Shown one piece after another: positions 61,401 through 64,000 of a stretch of 64,000 bases of DNA. The translations under genes and the position numbers were made by a program. Numbering within the stretch: position 1 is the stretch's first letter; each line of letters begins with the position of its first letter. The DNA comes from Candidatus Altimarinota bacterium (lineage in GTDB: Bacteria; Patescibacteriota; Gracilibacteria; 1-14-2-50-48-13). The stretch covers positions 448,001 to 512,000 of the forward strand of contig JBKBWQ010000001.1 in NCBI GenBank assembly GCA_046314355.1. The letters run 5' to 3'. Below the pieces are notes generated by a model. The model was not told the origin of the DNA and searched no databases. It saw only the letters and a list, made by a program, of their open reading frames with translations.

Positions 61401-63097
61401 GCATCTTTCAGATCTTTAGCACTTGTATCAATCTTATCTTTCGTAAAGGCAATCTTGCTTGTACCGACATTACCAAGGTAGTTATTGCTCCACTCAGGAC
61501 TTGGATCCACATCAATATACGGATGAGGTCTCGTTGCTCTTATGGTTTTGAGAAATTTACCAAAATAGTTTACTTCTCCACTTGGTATATCGATCATCAG
61601 ATTCTTATCATTCTGATATTTATCAAGCATCTGGTCCATGACTTTCTCCATACTATCATTTACGGAGCGAATATTCTTCTGTGCATCCTGGTCAAGCTGA
61701 GCAATGATCTTGAAGAGACTTGTACCATCAGCTCCCTTTAGCTGACCAAAGAAATCCCATCTTCCGCTGCCATTAAAGTATGCGGCATAACTATTTGTAA
61801 GAAAACCAAATACGTCAGTGGATCTGCTCAAAAACTTTTCAATAGGATCCTTTGTAAAAATATCCGGAATAAGATTCTGCGTATTCCCCTCTGAATCTTC
61901 GAATTTTCCTGAAAGATCCTTTGCAGTAGCAAATACATCTTTTTTTGTAGGATCGCTGTCTTTAATATTTGCATTATCAGTCGGAACTTTTCCAGTGTCC
62001 TGAAGCTTTTGCTTTGTTTTAGGGTAAAATTTATCCGTAAGTTCAGTAAGCCATTTTTTTGTATATCTCATATATGAGATATTGTCCCAGTTCTCTATAA
62101 ATTCCTGATACCCCTGCAGAGAGCTCTGTGTCACCTGTCCAAGTTCTCTAAAGAGATCCATCTGGATGGCTTTTTTACTAAACTCACTGTATTCCCCGCC
62201 AATATAGTAGGAGTGATTTTTATCAAAATAAGTAGCTAGTTCTTTTCTCTGTGCATCCATGAACTCACCCCGCATTTTTTCGAGTACCTTATTGTACTCT
62301 GTATTTGTTGTGTCCTTCATCTTTGCATCAGAAAGCTCCTCTGAATGCTTAGTATCTAGTACATACTGCTGCCAGCTCACAGGATATCGTATTACTCCAT
62401 GCCATACTTCAGCCTTCAGAGCACCAGAGAGTTCATTATAAATAAACTGATCTCTTTCATGGTCATAATAATATGCAGGATCTTCAAAATCCGTATATGG
62501 ATATACACTTAAAAATGTTCTTGTATCCTTTGTCACAAGAGGCAAAGGAATATCTCCGATCATTACCACTCCCTGCAGTTTCGCAATTTTGTTATCCGTG
62601 ATATCTCCTTCCGTATAGAGTCTATCTAGTACTTCCTGGATCCTCCATGGTTTCTCAGGATTATCCATAGAAGGAACTGGCACGATCATTACTTTCGTAT
62701 TCTGAAGTTGACGCTGAATATCATCAGCGTACCTCAGGATTCTTCCTCCAACAGTCTTTGGAAGATTATTGGCGATGTTTGTAACTCCAAGAGTATTCAA
62801 ATCAGAGGAAAGTGAGCCATCAGCAAGAATACGGCTGATATCTGCATTCATAGTTCCTGCAGTAGTATCGCCTGTAAGTCCTCCATCTTCCTTTGCATCC
62901 TTTAGAAGTTCCTCAGCTACCAGGATAGTCACAAGTCCCATAGTATCCCGGGTAGCCTCTGCGGCTTCTACAATAGGATCAAGAATAATGACTTGAGACA
63001 GCATGATCGTAGTGATCAATATGCTTGAGACTGTTCTTTTATATATATATGGGAAAACCTGCATAGAAAGTTCAGAAACCTGAGAGAATTTTGTCAT
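43460..63097 (-). CDS. Giant secreted/surface protein (6545 aa) with FG-GAP/VCBS and Ig-like modules
   Basis: 19.6-kb ORF; N-terminal hydrophobic segment; DIDSDGRKD, GDFDGNGTDD, DLNGDGQRD and DKDEDGIPD Ca-binding-type motifs. Confidence 0.9.
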   Translation of the reverse strand: MTKFSQVSELSMQVFPYIYKRTVSSILITTIMLSQVIILDPIVEAAEATRDTMGLVTILVAEELLKDAKEDGGLTGDTTAGTMNADISRILADGSLSSDLNTLGVTNIANNLPKTVGGRILRYADDIQRQLQNTKVMIVPVPSMDNPEKPWRIQEVLDRLYTEGDITDNKIAKLQGVVMIGDIPLPLVTKDTRTFLSVYPYTDFEDPAYYYDHERDQFIYNELSGALKAEVWHGVIRYPVSWQQYVLDTKHSEELSDAKMKDTTNTEYNKVLEKMRGEFMDAQRKELATYFDKNHSYYIGGEYSEFSKKAIQMDLFRELGQVTQSSLQGYQEFIENWDNISYMRYTKKWLTELTDKFYPKTKQKLQDTGKVPTDNANIKDSDPTKKDVFATAKDLSGKFEDSEGNTQNLIPDIFTKDPIEKFLSRSTDVFGFLTNSYAAYFNGSGRWDFFGQLKGADGTSLFKIIAQLDQDAQKNIRSVNDSMEKVMDQMLDKYQNDKNLMIDIPSGEVNYFGKFLKTIRATRPHPYIDVDPSPEWSNNYLGNVGTSKIAFTKDKIDTSAKDLKDASRNRYIPFTGQDFDEVKVHIEGDAKADYKLQGYSGYFGGSIKGGSRTEPTVYYNPNATQEKYIEYVDDIKAPVPFFELRAIWDTVWSGKISGETIENSTYKPYRKAVLHLVNKPFTAEDCTIFVGGAPEGGLFVRGEESVGDPSVEGWNDPIYEGRPGGSGWRNEKVDAQVAFDITPLQVQIDTMKATPVKDSTGNPPPCPSNSQRHNWDIREKEIQKDEKKLESENQWLKFYNVSVNPVEQANDVANAKYEIARARAMLNYDRSVACAKGDTTPAQNSRDNAIKNADTQRKSDIPAEILSWEQYMSSGERGDAARLKDFIEYAKRLPQTTAQTVEANKLYNIASDAYMEYGKDDGSELKKRPEAEYYETLYPDNTGLGLGKNSGGYKSGYFGDCTAPNLKFTDDGDAVPPDASVEKGMLTATIEAVRGQKTALTNKIGGFIKGFLSLGQADKLEKGGLQQGILLRMKTAPADVRWESGNEIDRVVAILRKVENPEEKVKTFEEFLDFAVAAAALDAIQKPGYNPDPKSSDPLDKLVAVYRTLPESAEESKYNMLLSIVQLAVSQSKFDPEDDANKKHDCQPMKALVPIKDTAGSKSVESPSYEPLKATKVITRENRTTPVPQNFIMGPSSSDGVMAPQMQITAEKFAGSTNSKMNAKDLAAALIAININLGSIEANFKSQYLSLLSQKVRAFFSGSVFDSAPQNGIETQSTKGQDVAPYRDQIKAQNRYSITPVEEEVKAETSYQACLLYADYGMPLSAAQEAVRKMLVTDVNRLQNTSSAYIEGHYGAREQLPPALVPDKREWLIVTKGADPIVTTNYVGTMKQVPNGEEKLGLDKKESIVSIIKHKEPTNETIAKQLKNSTSFDLPVDSPRYVDMFHYDPIPQWGSVGEQTPSTDADGNSIMKTTYKAVIKKWTEYYEHLRFPYLDWFNVFEKEKRFAYVTEDSRSTVDKTITEITLETRKIARHFQQYLNDYVAQTSLQGGAANGKNTLKDIFFDYDKALKESEIVKDITDDKKKVSVAEQRLSFAIYWQHLPLSEKYKYVLHNYLSSDKSLSQGDTPKVVPSYFGDKTGFEAGTIIADSAFPHAVPLGLENLTYTKEQKPQITMPDPIAVKVEDPNDIVTSCKKGSSYNQTGVPLFEWPGAIINCWLPSITPPITFPNNNEKYETFAKRISEAGQDVVTRGSNLLDDFKKFENSVKAFGETAGKVAESVGNTFQDIDGDGLPMVGAPSDNNVFLSDSKTRVITNGTAQIIDGSNGFKDVQDYVDKVTFKVSGKDNIKKTILSTKSIEPLKVQAQLRTRDGQILEGNSFDYIQIELDEQANRMVTMSSAEKIQKAEKGSATFNIFPTFGANGIEGKVRFHVVRQKTSNSDQPFERLTPDLVSDWLTLKSTSDSLSVAYLYSPTKDNGKKSFSEGAIFTTDDKIHTLSIAAVDTNGNILEKKAGKVSIEYKKENTDTGEFEPYNDTKLTSRINIGKNAVPLSIPSEAGKYLVEITPEDALELPPVKTTFLVVESKIASVDMKVNPSVLIEGGTTHITLSFLDSQKKEVPISDQLAQFVIPTNPAIPLNIQSGDKLDGYPGNKTTTENPIDFMVGKVNQITMTAGEMPEGAPDFVDIIPLRLQISDTIKKSASLRVYKKGSLQAKATIRNAKPSYSVTEDAPITADIAITDKSGSAVPYNGTIRISYADQGYFEKVEETIEIKDGKGVVTFTPSHKAGETNITVTDQQESFSPQNITLKFTAGPLSKVHFTSQVERPLEPKTEDSKLGKNLTEMMLEYQGEDAYGNVIETNDPVLFELSPFEGLDFYDVKSDGSDGEKLTVFPSGSKKFYGQTLTNGKARVKVKSTMFTGEVTIVLSGQAKDTISKDSVRIPVRFTLYKEFIQRLRPNILYTNLLGGNYGDVTKKDFMAGWWLLSGKSQAVTASTISSHEDPVSVRVQPNGAIDIPQGDGVSTNKAVVPIYNQGEPFQLEIREQDTNKALMRVRYNIAPLPVKEITSESQIQTVPGIYLRKSANTKISRNDASKQSVITYDGKELGVLGDNLQFLPTGLPPEIDVNTDRKDLLEMTMKTPDGTDVMDMYVVLAQENIYETSKGFKSDIEAAKSKKESQNYEAQASTGKTGIQFSESLKKTTEILASKNIITPVEDKDRYVNKVIVSRSELDQYKGGTFLEASTSPLYTILGGNVVLAGVDTILNPNNVPASIAAANTAANQKSQPVIKVQASSGGILSTYALQDLNRSNKTRDLISMQQIFRAKNIKVGILSNTVEPGLFADMQFANSVKIPEKVDTDVLADRIRIKKTFVTIIPESKNGEVIIPARTESETVTAAEIYPDGSYLINDIRFDVKRSFAANVVKYSIVEKSSNKILGNSVLVLDPSSLRVLPYSEGTSLLYSSKEQGVYIEIKDTGSSFDEVTREIKKANDLILSLLPEHFLEVVQPSYVLTVKDPTQTNLNTKNPLVLQLRNTSSVLIADLYIQLAESPLEFTASTQDAVPAEELKGTVSTTLPVEETAGEVRIKNTDGSVLWAFEESTFENRILPPASWNIVPEQVGPDMNVYSLRQGTTVMAKVSFKLSARFTGNKEVTNIAYKAPGTYLKKIDPYVVWNRDVAGAITGFNLKEFNAAFSVAKPPEFVAKVLELTSRNLYSASYKYQENHSQMNLVLSDKSNLSQKKTLLELQGSYSPQVLPMKLYNGENTTGIYFAGNEVKNAVLAEGYTLERRIDGQDRVYWKVKRNEEGNISEEKNIAKVTRDGSVVLNDAAYSWKISYTQGNYSASLYEKSTGTLLDSISILLKPGTITRVLPYKNEEISLYNPSYQGVYADILDSNYYLDQNAFSIRKKNVNLDEIVSFKKDTFFIINANQNFNLVPETNELTQTGKILPPILGLVDNATAQKVANIYMSLNENAPQISIKQDPAQTERSAKENRTAVLSTFSNTISVKDNDTELQIIQKTDALEQVLWTISKQDVSQGTLTENLADIKVSALSQNGLYLTLLPKGETDETKAFAVLSYKNDNRYTPLRYIGKNTIGEAIQRPGVYIRVADPLVSLSADPVLFTQSVYFGYDEAFVLGANGVLQSKNPNIFTINTALTQPLPSTALYLSMNAFNVDIAHEFYKFSNLAFSTTKIPERLTVKGTDAILPSSGNVLTLINHKEWGSLQKGVEIITDTLGHVVSAALDGTPVAQWTSTLAPTLLEKTKLSYDPSIVKGMGFTLLKENGEKLLTYIITPNFVEKATLTTTTSGTTESTSVSTDPVRAAAQIADKTFTDTQEALTLLDGHGVFVEKRVNDNWFSIGYEATGESTNNPYALVLKDQTLSTSKTATAGNTGIGVEDALTDSGSGAGWTGDFKNMLLFAAGNSVGKSTLPHMSEALINIGDPVISLKIEPTDNRTNDMFTNDVGEFIMEHAHAGINTIKVFDIDSDGRKDILFAEKTGKIFGIKNMGGNPVMWKYTGEIFDVPDGIKKLLVTKLDNDDKLDLMVSTGKDNIIATRNESNTAMSYADGSIVSLINLGNGMYQRGVNAIKELGKVDDMQMGDFDGNGTDDLFAITDKKELKVVLIAPTLPDGSKTPYKVITLDTLGVNMSNRELGAEDVYIRFQNTKLYDQSEAPKAMPTSPDVVFVPNIEGQGVTNANSFSNEDPGKKGYESFLSGTQGTFSSVDGLRNQMVKMLVSSEQPYIRSGGAKTAALDDILFRLKKTDPFAFMNEGIIGVLNPVNNIQQAIITNEITSTPTQFAVSKRGTDLNGNKIRKGDKIKYEIAASTTLPEIKGFDLADRTPLSMDLLPGSITCELQENGKTAWKVLSLADECTLSGIGGGNLFSLYFKNLSLKNGDKLRITYQMEVAEEPVEYHLNLLGYRDAAAAMAATAGININSGLSAIGADLAIGDKAKRMGANITSDTFGGKGSFYYRYQESNPLFEKQFIKDKTQKPGEGNPIMDQLAKLMGYEYDDDGNLIQKDPDKKPDENAVKDFAKGLGKTLQTATSTDKDEDGIPDLWDNEIVVKPEYKNAAVVKAGDIDIAGAVTGGVSQLAQGASTALDQVNKRLSENNCYFGGCGLFPKNKAFLVPGKSELFEGPDIPVFAFPTPTGLVPVWPPDGTYFNSKSLSQIRVYFSVTLSARMAMAVCVGPFDFGMADTSALVGVVTPLPNANCYPFILPDVFDLVKLCQSLESALTGVVTAATEMIGGGAYAAARVKKRGIAEAGAEPDGAFIAYHYEFNDPALTPSYMEQFATLAKNSSAPNTSYNKHAGGFPKIPMDWVERQMEELLKLLKIPTIYIRLPDPRSLIGNVIKGAATMSENALKPDPTAAEKAALEAKTKNDTRATLESKAKSLGIVDENVPDGALKTLVLNEEKKDALQEVNSMDLATLRRRAAELNISGSTTLKEDALRTQVINKTYIEVETEINAKNRANLLTIAKEELLLLSSSATDDQIRSMIAAKEQQAIAATRERCLARMDQKAQTRTDTNNQTVQNIDDLISKTAEGLSSAKDYVNTTLNNVQGDINCEGDFIGQQMQNVLQDASWYTELSGQVSDPSLVNSFLMKQKGIGDALDFLSKIPLVNITHEEVVFEYPWIAPEKFFEIKQNIQYAMDQSIENFQNFYKANADCFFDDPKAYNTISEPNFSIIPRMQASGTPRVPTIDTNGSVSTGADISIRCLAVARVGSDAWVNIQGLQKNLERLNQYANIQVKFKKYVQWKSYTVGRLVETTTGVIDFLSGYITRQQKIINNWKKAIYQIKNYSKTFQIVVDVFQNYRNSCADCVNDKGSALASTLDALGNIIPDIPVIRVPRWPDIVVDFSNVRAQMRITIPDIKLRPVDFQIPKLSPITFPNISLESSISQQDLSLMMKNGINVRFPVLPALPDLPDLPEFPQLDLPKLADLPPPPIIPKLDATITTTIQILDKILQNICLVRKNLIPIPEWQLASQIEKLTRGTTLFKIKENKSSDIVLPGIDQIKISGYINLVNKKPYTALTDLVKTTAEQWNKMVTGNVQSFVSGIVTTASEATSKVLSDAAASFKDEDGRSALDRLSQGINSAVETTNGALSSARNSVQQVSDDLADTMSNSIQISDTGSTGDAIAETLNEDQLKENMQVAAVMQSPDVQNLFVQMDALKSLMENVSTADGISFDNYIPSLKAQIELLKTSGDTLGEARHIAIEKIENIIALAEKEGKALEVDEPVSSDSFQGIRNWKATRNNLETLHKDLEQAQYSINNMSSVNTMEDFRSVLADAGMLADSFANTITASTDLSLQTPEERNNEQQKNLEVILQNAAAIVPIDYREMMAPEIEESQKVISDTYDIPEAGVRTSDITPITASTSDGTLIAAATTTSSSTTTTASTAKEDTPPDPSSSETASNLLVQLTDLPGSFVPIMNYSGGNDEDSGLDSAEDLNGDGQRDIVYYQGRDISIKYNVLSQAQGSNLGSAKAMYTGPKRIYTKTINSLLPATPRVQNFRVLGQNARQAIISLMPQTRGDSSLAKPSVYAIRFHRTPDAWLTDSLVSKDAVQNNYVEYYIYASPESSYTLDASRVPALSEELKVADQVKKEQLKSEELGTPVERVIVVKKASQMQAILSFQKSGVPYSTTIAPYNPETKAYGTFTTPILLHPQREQDTVSPNITLEKGAYMTVPTELKDGLEIKAYASDPSEIATMYWDKDTDSDSDKDGDATNDKDVVCSDPKNPAIASCKVSKTKNNTYVVNAPVFKISPFAADQVGKKFYMRLHAVDTVGNMAVQDLTIEPRTTNIVIDSYDSENGIVEGHIDPPSEGLELRVMRMKSETGSTTKNISELPLPQSIKTGVNGTFRIEGILAKESLGILGSTNVQVAEVTKAGKIQVNDTYEGKTLDVLVKQGSTYVRKLFSTTTLKTSTTVKSTDASLGSSFLTKQGDVPTDQVHLQVYDKNKVRLQVNGEVQTVQILQENEWKNLYEFTKKNDTLVMNEGSAYDADMIGGETIIKNGMYVSMLLITVEGVQAGLLSIPLGQDNQMFDVKGK

Positions 63098-63235
63098 AAA
63101 ATTATAGCATAAATCTTGCGCCTGGTGCTACTTGAATCCATTGACAAAACAGATATTTCACAGAAGGCTTCTTTGCTTTTTTTTCAAAAAACTCTATACT
63201 CTTTTCTGTATGTATTTTTCACTTTTGTTTTTTCT

Positions 63236-63772
63236 ATGTCAGACTCACAAGAAAATATTACTCAGTCCCAGCAAGACGATTCACAAAATACGGATGCGGG
63301 AAGTGCACAGGATCTTTCTTTAGAAGAAATTCTAGCTCAAAAAGAAGCAGAAATCAAAGATCTTCAGGAGAAACTCCTGAGATCCCAAGCAGATTTCATG
63401 AATTTGAAGCAGCGTTCAGAAAAAGAAAAGATGGAGCTTTTATCCTTTGCAAACGAAAGATTTGCCAAAGGTCTTATTAGCGCTCTAGATACCTTCACAC
63501 AAGGTATTCAGCATCTTCCTGAAGAATTAAAAGATAACTCCTGGGTACTCGGAATCATTCAATTTGATAAAAATATCCGGAAATTTCTAGAGGATAGTAA
63601 CGTCACAAGAATGGCTATCGTACCAGAACTTACCAGCTTTGATCCAAACATGCATGAGGCAGTTGCTCAGGAAGCGGGAGATACAGCCGAAATTATTCTT
63701 GAAGTATATCAGGATGGATATATGTATCACGATAAAGTACTGAGACCAGCAAAAGTAAAAGTATCAGTGTAG
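63236..63772 (+). CDS. grpE: Nucleotide exchange factor GrpE
   Basis: LRSQADFMN, FDPNMHEAV and GYMYHDKVLRPAKVKV; ATG 63236 preferred. Confidence 0.95.
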   Translation: MSDSQENITQSQQDDSQNTDAGSAQDLSLEEILAQKEAEIKDLQEKLLRSQADFMNLKQRSEKEKMELLSFANERFAKGLISALDTFTQGIQHLPEELKDNSWVLGIIQFDKNIRKFLEDSNVTRMAIVPELTSFDPNMHEAVAQEAGDTAEIILEVYQDGYMYHDKVLRPAKVKVSV

Positions 63773-63780
63773 GCTCCTAT

Positions 63781-63808
63781 ACCTCTGCAGAAATGCAGAG
63801 GTTTTTTT
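63781..63808 (+). terminator. Intrinsic terminator
   Basis: ACCTCTGCA-GAAA-TGCAGAGGT followed by a T-run. Confidence 0.85.
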
Positions 63809-63998
63809 AAGAATACTTTTTTCTGGATAAGTAGAAAATCCAAAGACAGAATGTAGTCATTGAAATAACACTAAGTAGAAATCCTATTCTTTGGTATTGA
63901 GTGAACTCAAGCCTCAATTCAACACAGCCAGGCTTCGATAGTGGGACAGTGATAAACGGACGCGATGTATCAATATCTACTTTGACATTCTCTACATA
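63807..63998 (-). CDS. C-terminal fragment of a membrane protein (YfhO-like), 5'-truncated
   Basis: Hand translation YVENVKVDID...FITVPL...VELRLEFTQYQRIGFLLSVISM...RKKYS*. Confidence 0.6.
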   Translation of the reverse strand, partial: YVENVKVDIDTSRPFITVPLSKPGCVELRLEFTQYQRIGFLLSVISMTTFCLWIFYLSRKKYS

Positions 63999-64000
63999 TG

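Noticed and set aside
43950-62996. Many short + strand ORFs opposite the giant gene
   Set aside because: Antisense shadows with no recognisable motifs.
43460-63097. Genetic code 25 (UGA=Gly) as in some Gracilibacteria
   Set aside because: Multi-kilobase Gly-rich ORFs have no in-frame TGA, and TGA ends the four-helix and elp3 genes at plausible positions.
63104-63131. CIRCE operator upstream of grpE (TAGCA...TGCTA)
   Set aside because: Spacing is 1 nt too long and the CTC/GAG positions are absent; the left half is better explained as an extended -10.

Overview
AT-rich bacterial chromosome segment in genetic code 11. Its gene content is typical of Patescibacteria/CPR (inference; Peregrinibacteria/Gracilibacteria-class-like): Elp3, bifunctional PGI/PMI, a TrmB regulator, a DUF5663-like protein, VirB2-like pilins and mostly Shine-Dalgarno-free housekeeping genes. 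Housekeeping genes (elp3, manB, PGI/PMI, trxB, nrdR, murA, rpsT, grpE) are mixed with many orphans. About half the window is a surface-protein block: a 6545-aa FG-GAP/Ig giant and a probable operon of pilin, 2865-aa pilin-fusion protein and PKD membrane protein. The main unexplained signals are: (i) a pilin fused to about 2700 aa of cargo; (ii) a duplicated two-gene module of a small helical protein plus a partner with a shared N-terminal motif; (iii) several families of short-period inverted-repeat elements, one enclosing a four-helix-bundle (Avd/IVP-like) gene; (iv) candidate structured RNAs, a 20-aa hydrophobic small ORF and an in-frame palindrome inside manB. No rRNA, tRNA, CRISPR array, transposase or integrase was recognised. 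Family names are from motif recognition by eye, not database searches.
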